Part shown: one piece after another, positions 50,989-64,000 of the stretch | Layout of the letters: each line of letters starts with the position of its first letter | Position numbering within the stretch: position 1 is the stretch's first letter | Assembly: GCA_002269645.1 (NCBI GenBank) | Contig: NIVC01000755.1 | Span: 304,985 to 368,984 of the forward strand | Origin: Macrostomum lignano | Lineage: Eukaryota | Direction: 5' to 3' | Length of the DNA: 64,000 bases | Position numbers and translations under genes: made by a program | The notes under the pieces: model-generated | What the model was told of the DNA's origin: nothing | The model's input: the letters and a program-made list of their open reading frames with translations, nothing else | Databases searched by the model: none

Positions 50989-51334
50989 GTACTGGGAAGG
51001 AGAGTCCTGTGAACCTTTCCCAGTCTCTCTTTTTTCTCTGGCAGTCATTTTTGATCCTGCAAAGCTTCTGCTTCTGCGAAAGCCAAAAAAAGTGCCTCTT
51101 AATTGGAATTGATATGGGATTAAACTAATCCTGTTTCAACTCAATCATTCTCGCTTTGGTTGCAGACTGGGGGGGGGGGGAGTCGACTGTGAGATTGAGA
51201 TCGGGGTGGGGAATCCGCTTTGGCACTCTTTTAGCGTGTTTTATTGCTTTTGCCTGCGTTCGACCGAGCAAGCTGTCTGCTGCAAATATTGGTTATCAAA
51301 TAGGGTTAGATGGATCGATTGCGACTGCCCGGCT

Positions 51335-52865
<1,531 letters not shown>

Positions 52866-54084
52866 ATCGATCAGTCATGCATATACGAGCTATATTGACT
52901 CATAAATCCATCGATAATGATACCATTGGATCGGGAAGCCACCCTGTCTCCAGCGCTCTCTTGACCTTCTCAGGTCACCTGGCGCTCCAATTTTCACAAT
53001 CGCCTCCCGCCGCCCATTTTATTTACGACACCGGAGCTGAGAACTGGACGGCGCAGCCGGCTTGTGGATATTTTGGAGATTGGTTTCTCAATTCAGAAGT
53101 CGCCCGCCCGCCCCCAGTCCCTATTGCGGGCACATAATAGCTAAAACTGCATGGGGGAAATCTTTGCGGCCCTGGAATCAAAGAGTGAGCTGGGGATGGA
53201 GAAAAGAGGAAAATGGTTTTCGGCCGAGGTTAATATCGGCCGCGCTTTGCCCCGGACCGCTGCTCGCCGCTCTGCCCGCCTCCATGGCAGCTCCTGTGAG
53301 GCCGCCTCAATCGGCCTATCTGACTCTATCGGCCACTGGCTGCATACTTTATTATTAACTTTACTATTTGCCCCAGCATTAGTGCCAGGCCCCTGTCTGT
53401 CTCCCCTTTCCCTGTCCCTCTTCTGTGTCTCTAGTGCCTACTCAGCGCGCGGCCTTGGAACTGGTTTTGAGTATTCAGACCGAGCTGCTCTCTCCTCTCG
53501 CTCTCGTTTTTTTCTTATCTTATTTCGGCCGCGCTCCCTCCGGGTCGGGTCCTCTGGATTTGTTAACGATTTCCTATGCATGAATTCTTGTATGGGAGGC
53601 AGCTGTTTTCCTGTGTCAAACTTGCTCAAGACTTCGATCTGTTGCCTGTCTTGGCTGTTATTGTGCCGGCTGCTTCTCAAAGCCCCGCCAGAGATTCTGC
53701 TGGCTTAGGGTGCGCATCCAAAGTCAGCTCGTGCATAGCCAATTAGCTATGCAGAACTGCATTGATCGGAGGGCGCTGCAGGAGCTTATTAAATTCAATT
53801 ATGATTGATTAGGCTAATTTGACGGCATGCTCAGTGAACTGGGTTGCACAGTTAGGCATGTTTTCTCACCAATAGGGCTAGTTATAGTCAAGTTTGCTGG
53901 GGGCTTTGGGCGACAGTCTGCCCGCATGCAGCAAGCTTACTCACTGAGCACACAGGTACACAGAGGCCCCGACTTTATCATCGTCAGGTTTGTGCTTTGG
54001 GGCCGGCCCTCGTGGGCGGGAATCGCCCGAGAAGCCCCGAGCCACTTTTTATGCACTGAGGCCCACCCGGCACTTTAGCGCGAG

Positions 54085-54320
54085 CCCCCCCCCACTCGGG
54101 CCCCCCACTCGGGCCCCCCACTCGAGCCCCCCCACTCGGGCCCCCCCACTCGGGCCCCCCCACTCGGGCCCCCCACTCGGGCCCCCCACTCGGGCCCCCC
54201 CACTCGAGCCCCCACCACTCGAGCCCCCCCACTCGGGCCCCCACTCTGCCCCCCACTCGAGCCCCCCCACTCGAGCCCCCCTTCTCGAGTCCCCCCTTCT
54301 CGAGTCCCCCTCTCGAGCCC
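54085..54320. repeat. 13-14-bp C-rich minisatellite (ACTCGGGCCCCCCC)
   Basis: Direct reading. Confidence 0.88.
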
Positions 54321-56044
54321 CTCCGTTCTACGAGTCGTTTCTTTCTAGCAGGTCCTGGCGCGTCTATTCAGTCTCTTCAAGAAGGATTTTTTTCGAATTC
54401 AAATGGTTTCCCGAAATAGAATTTTATTGTTAATCTGTAGCCCTAAATCACGGCACGCTGCCCACTGGTTCTTATGCTAATAGCCGCAGAGCCGTCCAGT
54501 GTTTATAAGAAGCAGGATGGCAACAATTAGCATGATGAAGTGGCGCGGCCGATTTCATTCGGGAAGTTTTTTTGCAATCCGCTACCCGAGTATCCTCGGA
54601 GCGGTTTTGAAAAGTTTTTTTTTATTGCGCGGAAACAGATTTTATTAGCTGCCTTATATGGAAATTGCGGAGGACTATGAATGTCGGGGATTCAAAGGGC
54701 AGACCGTGCGAGAGAGTGGGTTAATAATCCCCAGCAACCGAATTCCTTGGCCAGGCAGGCTGGCTAGCAGCGCTGCGTGTCCTCAGCATGCGCTTCCAGG
54801 CCGCCTTGACCTGCCCGCTGCATTGCTTTTGAAGTCCTTCCAGTGCTCTGTCCGCTGCACTCTCCGCTCTCCCTACCTCTCCCCTCAACCCCGCCAGTCT
54901 GCTTCGCTTCGTAAAATTCACTCAGACATTGCTTAATTATTTATTCGGCGCTAAAGCCGGCTGCTCAACCCCCACCCCACTGAGCGGTCCGCCATGATCG
55001 TCTGGCTTAGTCTAACTTGCACCTCTGCCTGCCTTTATGCGCCACTCTGACTTGCCGACTCCGGGATAATTAGAGTTCATGATAATCGCTAATCATTGCG
55101 CTGCTATGCTCCGGGATTCACCGCATTTCCCCGCCTCACTGCATCTGACCTCGCCTGTCTGTATGTGTTCCTCTGTGTCCGTCTGTTGTCTGTCTGCCTG
55201 TATTTCCCTGTCAGCCCAGCTCAAAACTGAGTCCTCCCGGGCTCACTTAACTCAGCCAGCCTTTGGCGCCTCAGGGCAGTCCTGGCACGGTTGAATTGCT
55301 GGACAGTTTGGCTGCCCCCCCCCTTCAGTCTCCTGGCCCCGCGCTCAGATTTCTCTGAATTCCTCTACTCTCTGAGTTTCTCGGAATGCTCAAACGGTCT
55401 CGGCAAAGTTTGGGGTCTGGGCTGCCGAGCTGTCGGTATCCTCCGCACAATTCGAGTGGAATATTGAATTTTCGAATTCGGCTCTCAAGTTTCTGGGAAT
55501 CTGACAAAAGAGGCTCTGATGAGTTTTGCCAGCAGCTGCGCAGTCAGGCTGGACCTCCGGCCTTAATTTCCCCCCCCCCCCCAACCAGCCTCCTTGTAAG
55601 CTGAGCTGCCTTTATTGGCTCAGATTTTAGTCAAACTGAACTGTCCGCTATTCACACATCAGCTGCTCCGCCCTCCTTTGCGCTCAATCCCGGATGCCCG
55701 GCTCCGGGCTGCTCATTAATCGAGCCAAAAACGGTTCATTCATTTGTTTGCCGTATAAGGCTGTGCACTTTCCTTATGAGTTGGGCATGCCTCAGGACTA
55801 TGAGAGGGGGTGGTAGCAGTTCGTGCGCGCCAACAGTGCACCGGGCTTGCCTGTCTCAGTTTCTTGTTCGCTCTCTCAGTAGAGTTGGGCAGACTTTTGT
55901 TAAGCAAAAAATGACAGGGTTGCAGCTGCTTAGGGATTTGTACCTGTGCGCGTTGCCTGACAAATACTACATGTATGTGTGAGCAAATTGCACTGTCTTT
56001 GCTTTGTGTGTCTCCTCTACAGTTACATGAATGTCCGATTGTTT

Positions 56045-56395
56045 GGCTTTTGTCTGGCTGTGTCCTTGTGTGCCTATGCAACCATGAAAACAGTGTGAGC
56101 TGTGTCCTTGTGTGCCTATGCAGCCATGGAAACAGTGTGAGCTGTGTCCTTGTGTGCCTATGCAACCATGAAAACAGTGTGAGCTGTGTCCTTGTGTGCC
56201 TATGCAGCCATGGAAACAGTGTGAGCTGTGTCCTTGTGTGCCTATGCAACCATGGAAACAGTGTGAGCTGTGTCCTTGTGTGCCTATGCAGCCATGGAAA
56301 CAGTGTGAGCTGTGTCCTTGTGTGCCTATGCAACCATGGAAACAGTGTGAGCTGTGTCCTTGTGTGCCTATGCAGCCATGGAAACAGTATGAGCT
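56045..56395. repeat. 42-bp minisatellite (GCTGTGTCCTTGTGTGCCTATGCAGCCATGGAAACAGTGTGA), ~8 copies
   Basis: Direct reading. Confidence 0.93.
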
Positions 56396-57582
56396 GTGAG
56401 TTGGTTTAGGGTTAGAGCTTGTGAGGGTTAGGATTAAATATCTGTTCAAAACTGCTTTGCAGGCAACATTTCAACTTCGTGTGCACGATGTCAGCGCCAT
56501 AATTGCATCTTTTCGTTGAAAGATAAATAGGCAAAAGCAACGAGTTGGTAAAAGCCCCCTGATTAGTGCAAGCGCACTGGATCGAGCTGGGCTGCCGGGC
56601 GCTGGTCAAGCAGACAGGCACTCATGCGAGTGTTTGTGTTGCGATCGCGTGACCTGTAGTGCCCGGCAGGGCGAGATATCGTATCGTTGCGCTTGTGTAA
56701 ATGTCAACTCTTTGAGAGGGGAGCCGGCGCAGGTTAATTGCTGCGAGCTGCTGCTCCGCCGTCTCACCTTTCCCTCTTGGTGACAGCAGCCTGCAGAGAG
56801 CTGGGGCTCATCAGCTAAGGCTTGGGCTGAGAGCAATGCGCGGCACCTCTAGTGCTGCTGGGGTGAGCTGTGCGTGCCCCGCCCCTCCATTTCCTCACCG
56901 TAGCCGAACTCTAAGTGAGCCATGACAGGCAGTGTGCGGCTCAGCAGCTTATAAATAAATCAAATCAGGGCCGGTGTTTCTCCCGTGTCTGGCCGCCTGC
57001 CTGTCAGTAGCATTCTATCCTGAGGTATCCCCGAACACTGCTCGTCTGTCTGTTGTAGCTTTTTTAATTGCTAGTCTACTCAAACTCAAACTGCTGACGG
57101 TCCGTTAATGCTGCAGATTATCGCTGCTCAAATATTCGCCATTTCGTTGGCCAGGAAAATCCTGGGAAACTGCTGCTGCTGCTGCCTCTTCTAGAAGGAT
57201 CTTAGGGGAGAATAAAGTGAGAGTTCGAACCGCGCCGGATTGGGATGCGTGGGGATTTTTGGGATCCGGCGGCGGCGGGATTTGAGGCCGGCTTATCTGC
57301 TGTTATTGCCGGGAGTGAAGACAGAAAATGGAACCGTTAAGAGCCGTGCGGCTGAACTGTGAGAACGGGGGACGGGGCGGAGAGAGATAGGGGAAAGGCA
57401 CCAGATCCCCTGATCGCCTGCTTTCTCCTGCACTTTTGCTGCAGGATCGCCTCTCCCTCCCCTGCCAAAATCCTCAAGCAAGTTCCGCCTTTTCTCCGCT
57501 TCCTTTGCAGCTTCAGCCCTCAGCGGCTGGCGAGTCATGTGAGCTTCTGACAAGCAGCCGGCCCCCTGCACACCCAGCAAGC

Positions 57583-57714
57583 ATGAGCAGTCGCGGCTCA
57601 ACCAAACAGCCCCCAGCAACCGTTGCCAAGGGCGTCAACTCCAATTCCGGGGCGGGTGCAGCCTCTTCTTCGTCTTCATCATTGGCAAATTGTAGTAGAA
57701 GCCAACGTAATCAG
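57583..57714 (+). CDS. Probable first coding exon of an unidentified gene (MSSRGSTKQPPATVAKGVNSNSGAGAASSSSSSLANCSRSQRNQ)
   Basis: ATG in a GCAAGCATG context, 44 open codons, strong donor CAG|GTGAGA, minisatellite just inside the intron as in the other genes. No recognisable domain. Confidence 0.5.
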
Positions 57715-57759
57715 GTGAGACCGTTACTGCTGTGCTTAAGCCTGTGTTCTGTACAGCTG

Positions 57760-58095
57760 CCTGTGTCAGTTAGCATCCAGATGTACAGCTGTCTGTGTCA
57801 GTTAGCATCCAGATGTACTGCAACTGTCTGTGTCAGTTAGCATCCAGATGTACTGCAACTGTCTGTGTCAGTTAGCATCCAGGTGTACAGCTGTCTGTGT
57901 CAGTTAGCATCCACATGTACTGCAACTGTCTGTGTCAGTTAGCATCCAGGTGTACAGCTGTCTGTGTCAGTTAGCATTCAGGTGTACAGCTGTCTGTGTC
58001 AGTTAGCATTCAGGTGTACAGCTGTCTGTATCAGTTAGCATCCAGGCGTACAGTTGTCTGTCAGTTGTCATATAGGTGTACAGCTGTCTGTGTCA
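57760..58095. repeat. ~32-35-bp minisatellite (CTGTCTGTGTCAGTTAGCATCCAGATGTACAG)
   Basis: Direct reading. Confidence 0.88.
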
Positions 58096-59009
58096 GCACA
58101 ACTGTATGTATTAGTGTGCATGCTTACAGTTTCCCGTGCTCTGGTACAAATGTCTGCTTTCTGCCATTAAAGTCTCGGTGCCCCTGTAACTCCTATAGTC
58201 ACGCAACGCCGACATGTTGTGCAGTTTAAAAAAGGATGTAATTTTAAAAAAATTTCTGGCGATTCGAGAACCTTTTTTGCCTATAGAAATTCTGTAGGCA
58301 TTGATGCAGGCCTGGCGCTGCCGGTGGAGCACGGCGGAGGGTGGAGGGAGAAGGAGGAGAGCCGAGTGGAGTGCCCGCCGCCCTGCCCACAGCAGATGGC
58401 ATCAAGCATCTAGCGGGATGGTTAGCAGGCAATCTCAGGCCTGAGCTGCTGCTGCAGCGGCTCAGCGGCGCCCCATTTCGTGCGTGTAATTATCCCCACC
58501 CTTCCCCCCTTTTATTTTCCTCATCCCTTAGCTCTCCCGTTTTTCCCTTCCCGCACTCTCCCGAGTCGAGTGGGGGGGCTCAGGTTTTTTGTGCCGCTCC
58601 CGCTGTATTAGTATTAGAGCGGCTGGGCCTGACAGGCAGCCCGGTGGCAGGCGGCTGTGGGGCAGCAAAGCTGAGCTTGGGATCCTGTCCGATCCTCCTC
58701 TTCAAGCCTCTCTATTGAAGTCTGCGTGGCTTTCCCCGTGCGCTGCAGGCACGCACTCGTGCACACGCTCACACGGGGTGTACAACCGCCCTGACTGTCT
58801 AATCTATATCATCTGTCATCTATCTATGTAACATGCGATTGTCTGAAGGTTTTGTTACGTCGTGTACCATTCCCGACTGCGGCTTTTAAATCTACGTGCA
58901 TGATACCATCGCGTTGGGGCTATATGTACTTAATTAAACCATGCAATTATCTATGCTCAAGACTATGTCGTTTATGGGACTGTTTCACTTACTGTGGGCC
59001 AGAAAACTA

Positions 59010-59987
59010 TAGGATTTTTCGTTTGATTTCTTAAAATAGCCATTTGATTTCGTCCATAGAAGTTGGCAGCGCGGCCATAGAGTCTATGGCAATAAAGTGC
59101 GCTGTTTTCCGATTGAATTCATAACTTTGCCACTTCATTTCGTCATACCCAGTAGAAAGACAACAGAAAAGTCAATGCACTTGTCCAGTACAGAAAGAAC
59201 TGTTAAAAACAGAAAGCTGTGTATTTAAGTCACATGAGGAAGTAGGCAGTTCAACAGTGAAATCAGTTATGTCCGCCAAAGTTAATGCTCGTTCGCTGCA
59301 ACAAGCTACAAATTTCACATTATCTGCTGCTCATTGATGCACAGGGGCAGAAACCGCATCACATGTCGTTCCCAGGCAAGGCACTTCGCGGCGGAAATTT
59401 CCTCTAGTGCAACGTAGCCGCAGCGGAAAAGCACCATGAGTCTCCACTGCGTTAGGTTGATGCCATCAGGCGGATAGCTAAGTTCCTGTTGAAGCTCAGG
59501 TGTTGCTAGCTGGCGTTTAAGCGAAGCCTTGAGACAACTGTGTGCCTGCTTCGCGGCGTTAAGAAATGGAGTACACTTCACTATGGAGTACACTGTCTGT
59601 TTGTTGATGTTGAGCCATCGCGCTATTTCCGTCACTTTCTCACCCCTGTTCATTGCTTCAATGACAAGATGCCTTCTGTCGTTTCCAATGGACGCGTATG
59701 CAGCCATTTTTAGGCATACAAGGAAGGTGACTGTTGCCCAAGAAGAGGACACGTTCATATAGGCTTTTCATTTCTATGAGAGGTTTGGCCATAGATATTC
59801 ACCCACTGATATCCCAGCCCCTCTGGCAGTGTTTGAGCCACTCCGCGCGCCAAGTCGAAATGAAGTGGCAAAGTTACGAATTCAATCGGAAAACAGTGCA
59901 CTTTATTGCTATAGACTCTATGGCCGCGCTGCCAACTTCTATGGACGAAATCAAATGACAATTTTATGAAATCAAACGAAAAACCTA
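59010..59987 (-). mobile_element. Non-autonomous IS630/Tc1/mariner-superfamily element, 978 bp, TIRs 59010-59142 and 59856-59987, TA flanks
   Basis: ~133-bp near-identical inverted repeats starting TAGG(A)TTTTTCGTTTGATTTC; TA at 59008-59009 and 59988-59989; internal transposase remnant. Confidence 0.88.
59315..59707 (-). pseudogene. Internally deleted transposase ORF (130 aa): N-terminal HTH fused in frame to the C-terminal region
   Basis: DRRHLVIEAMNRGEKVTEIARWLNINKQTVYSIVK is HTH-like; the following TPFLNAAK resembles the SPxLNPIE motif; the bulk of the DDE core is absent. Confidence 0.7.
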
Positions 59988-60214
59988 TATTTAGAGCACT
60001 TAGAAAAAAGTTGCTATGCTCTGCTCTTGTTCTAGTGCTTTAACATTTGTTTAGTAAGCCTTTTTTGGACTCTCTAAACGCTAATAATCAACAATTTCAA
60101 CAATAAGAAAATAATTTAGTAGAATAGCCCAGCTGGGGGTCGCCATTAAAAACTCAAAAAATCACAAATCTGAAATATCATAACTCAAAAAAATCAAAAT
60201 AGCAACATCCATTG

Positions 60215-60885
60215 CAAACTGGAAATGCCACAAACCGGAAATACCACAAACCGGAAATACCACAAAACCGAAATATCACAAGCCCGAAATATCACAAACC
60301 CGAAATATCACAAACCCGAAATATCACAAGCCCGAAATATCACAAACCCGAAATATCACAAACCCGAAATATCACAAACCCGAAATACCACAAACCGGAA
60401 ATACCACAAACCGGAAATACCACAAACCGGAAATACCACAAAACCGAAATATCACAAGCCCGAAATATCACAAACCCGAAATATCACAAACCCGAAATAT
60501 CACAAGCCCGAAATAACACAAACCCGAAATATCACAAGCCCAAAATATCACAAACCCGAAATATCACAAACCCGAAATACCACAAACCCGAAATACCACA
60601 AACCCGAAATATCACAAACCCGAAATACCACAAACCCGAAATATCACAAACCCGAAATATCACAAACCCGAAATATCACAAACCCGAAATATCACAAACC
60701 CGAAATATCACAAACCGGAAATATCACAAACCCGAAATACCACAAACCCGAAATATCACAAACCCGAAATATCACAAACCCGAAATACCACAAACCCGAA
60801 ATATCACAAACCCGAAATACCACAAACCCGAAATATCACAAACCGGAAATATCACAAACCGGAAATACCACAAACCCGAAAATCA
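60215..60885. repeat. 16-bp minisatellite (AAATATCACAAACCCG / AAATACCACAAACCGG), ~42 copies
   Basis: Direct reading. Confidence 0.96.
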
Positions 60886-62004
60886 AAATACCGTTAGGCG
60901 TTGCTAGAACTTTTGAAATAGTGGCTCAAAAACAATAAATGTCCAGGGTTGGAAAAGGAGTTTCTGCTCTCCAGATTTTATATAGATTTCTTTCTAGTTC
61001 TCCTTGCTTGGCTCTTCCGGTTCAATCCGGTTGCACTGCAGTGCAGACGCGGTATTGCATACAGTACCTTCCTATTATTTTTCTTTTGCTGGAAGCCAAA
61101 CTGATCGCTGAGCCAAGGCGGTTTAAAAATAGCCATATATATAATAAGCTGCAGTCGCTGCCGCTTATACTGCTTCACCTACTGCTGGCCGCAATTGCCG
61201 GGCTCATTTCTAATCAAACTGAATCAGTGACGCGGGAGTGCGGGAGGCCAAGCGGGAGACGGGGCTGGAGGGCGCAAAGCAAGGTGCCTGTTTGAGTGGT
61301 TTTGAGCCCGGACTAAATCGATAAAATGCATAGTTGTATATTTCAATCGGTTATTCAAGCCCCTGGATCGGCAGCTAAGCTGAGCTCCGATTGTTGGCTG
61401 TTGCCTGTTTTCAACCCTCAGCCCCCAGCGAATAAGTGCTGCTATTTGGTCTGCTGCTGACGCCCAGCTGTGACGGCTGCAGTGTGTTTTGTATTGATCT
61501 GCGCGTTCAGTCTCAGTAATTGACAGCTGTGTGTGTGTGCTGTGTGTGTGCTGTGTCTGGGGTTGCTGGGAGCGGCTCTCTCCCTGGGTCTCCAATTAAT
61601 ATCGCCTTCTAGATTCTGTCATTCGGTTTTCACTAATGAGGCATCTTCTTTTGACTTTTGCCCCCCCCCCTGCACCCGCCCGCTTCTGAGCAACTAATGA
61701 CTTGGCAGTGCAGCGGGAGGCGAGGGGGGGGGGTTCAGCCCCACCAATATTTCAGTCTGCCTCTCCGCCTTGCTGCTGCACTCATTCTGCCGGCATCTCA
61801 GAACTATTGTATTTCCCCCGTATCCGGAGTTGCTCTTGCCTTCATCCTGACTAAGCCGGGGCTGCAACACGTGTTCGAGCATGTCTCCTGGTTTAGGATT
61901 GTCATGGCCGTATCTAATGAGCTCTTTTTGAGCACTTTCTGTCCCCTATTCAAGTCTCTTTCCAGCTTCTTCACTCCATCTATGTAATAGTTAAAGTGTG
62001 TACC

Positions 62005-62435
62005 TCAGCGAGTGACTGGCAGGGGGGATGCATCGGTGACTCAGCGAGTGACTGGCAGGGGGATGCATCAGTGACTCAGTGAGTGACTGGCAGGGGGATG
62101 CATCAGTGACTCAGTGAGTGACTGGCAGGGGGATGCATCAGTGACTCAGCGAGTGACTGGCAGTGGGATGCATCAGTGACTCAGTGAGTGACTGGCAGGG
62201 GATGCATCAGTGACTCAGTGAGTGACTGGCAGGGGATGCATCAGTGACTCAGTGAGTGACTGGCAGGGGGATGCATCAGTGACTCAGCGAGTGACTGACA
62301 GGGGATGCATCAGTGACTCAGTGAGTGACTGGCAGGGGGATGCATCGGTGACTCAGCGAGTGACTGGCAGGGGGATGCATCGGTGGCTCAGCGAGTGACT
62401 GGCAGGGGGATGCATCAGTGACTCAGCGAGTGACT
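62005..62435. repeat. 35-bp minisatellite (CAGCGAGTGACTGGCAGGGGGATGCATCAGTGACT), ~12 copies
   Basis: Direct reading. Confidence 0.93.
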
Positions 62436-62821
62436 GGCTTCCACACTCCCCAGTAAGATAGAAGATATTTCTTCTGCAGAATAATTCCTGTAATTGGGCA
62501 GAAACCCCCATGAAGTTTGGTTGCTAGCCGGCATGTCGCTGAGTCAGCCTGGACTCCTGTCACTCTGGCCGGTGCCTGGTGCTTGGGGCGCCCCGCCGTC
62601 TGTCCGAACGGATTGATCAGGGGCGGGCGGGGACGGCCGGCCATCCATCACGGCCGCAATGCCGGCGTGTTTCGCCAGCGGAGCGTGAGCTGAGAAACCC
62701 CGGCTGGTTGTATTTGACATGAAATATTCATCCCGCTGACTGTCCAATGCGTGTCTGCGCTTATTCGATCATGTTTAATCCCTATCGCTCACTCGCTTCC
62801 CCCTCCACCCTCCTTCCAAAG

Positions 62822-62902
62822 TCGCCGGGCTCAGCTGCGTCCGCAAATGGTGGAGCGGCCAGTCTGGAGGAGCCAGCAGCGGCAGCAGCACCCGAGTTTG
62901 CC
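62822..62902 (+). CDS. Probable second exon of the unidentified gene (SPGSAASANGGAASLEEPAAAAAPEFA), phase 0/0
   Basis: Long C/T tract plus AAAG| acceptor, strong |GTGAGT donor, 81 nt, phase-compatible with 57583-57714. Confidence 0.45.
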
Positions 62903-63049
62903 GTGAGTCAGCTTAGTATTAATGCTGATCTCAGAGGAAGCTGGACTTTTTTTTTCAAATCCGTAATCGGCTTTGAGACTGAGCTGATTAAGGGAGTGCT
63001 TTATGCAGCATCTGGACTTGTGGGAACTGACTCAGATTAGGCAGCTGAG

Positions 63050-64000
63050 TGATAGACTATTGATAGGACTGGATAGGATAGACTATTGATAGGACTGGAT
63101 AGGATAGACTATTGATAGGATTGGATAGGATAGACTATTGATAGGACTGGATAGGATAGACTATTGATAGGATTAGATAGGATAGACTATTGATAGAACT
63201 GGATAGGATAGACTATTGATAGGACTGGATAGGATAGACTATTAATAGGACTGGATAGGATAGACTATTGATAGGATTGGATAGGATAGACTATTGATAG
63301 GATTAGATAGGATAGACTATTGATAGGACTGGATAGGATAGACTATTGATAGGACTGGATAGGATAGACTATTGATAGGATTGGATAGGATAGACTATTG
63401 ATAGGACTGGATAGGATAGACTATTGATAGGATTGGATAGGATAGACTATTGATAGGACTGGATAGGATAGACTATTGATAGGATTGGATAGGATAGACT
63501 ATTGATAGGATTGGATAGGATAGACTATTGATAGGACTGGATAGGATAGACTATTGATAGGATTGGATAGGATAGACTATTGATAGAACTGGATAGGATA
63601 GACTATTGATAGGACTGGATAGGATAGACTATTGATAGGACTGGATAGGATAGACTATTGATAGGATTGGATAGGATAGACTATTGATGAGATTGGATAG
63701 GATAGACTATTGATAGGACTGGATAGGATAGACTATTGATAGGACTGGATAGGATAGACTATTGATAGGATTGGATAGGATAGACTATTGATAGGATTAG
63801 ATAGGATAGACTATTAATAGGACTGGATAGGATAGACTATTGATAGGACTGGATAGGATAGACTATTGATGAGATTGGATAGGATAGACTATTGATGAGA
63901 TTGGATAGGATAGACTATTGATAGGATTGGATAGGATAGACTATTGATAGGATTGGATAGGATAGACTATTGATAGGATTGGATAGGATAGACTACTTGA
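63050..64000. repeat. 26-bp minisatellite (TGATAGGACTGGATAGGATAGACTAT), running off the window end
   Basis: Direct reading. Confidence 0.97.

Overview
Animal (metazoan) genomic DNA: spliceosomal introns, a nanos gene, GC3-rich exons and introns packed with minisatellites. The style is compatible with a lophotrochozoan such as a free-living flatworm, but that is inference only. Most long ORFs in the supplied track are read-throughs of tandem repeats. Genes reconstructed by hand: (1) a PKA catalytic subunit on + (4211-17733), with two mutually exclusive 127-nt exons for the alphaE/catalytic-loop segment, a GC-AG intron, an N-terminal exon lacking Met-Gly, and a one-base frameshift in an A7 run of the last exon; (2) nanos (23227-23709, +); (3) an intronless divergent 4-TM tetraspanin-like gene (-); (4) intronless ARL6/BBS3 (-); (5) three-exon UBXN6 (+); (6) two probable first exons of an unidentified gene running off the right end. 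Also present: a 978-bp Tc1/IS630-type mini-element with ~133-bp TIRs and an in-frame internally deleted transposase, a MITE-like foldback, two sharply bounded CpG-void AT-rich islands holding CpG-decayed repeats, and about 25 different mini/microsatellite arrays. All exon coordinates and counts were derived by eye.
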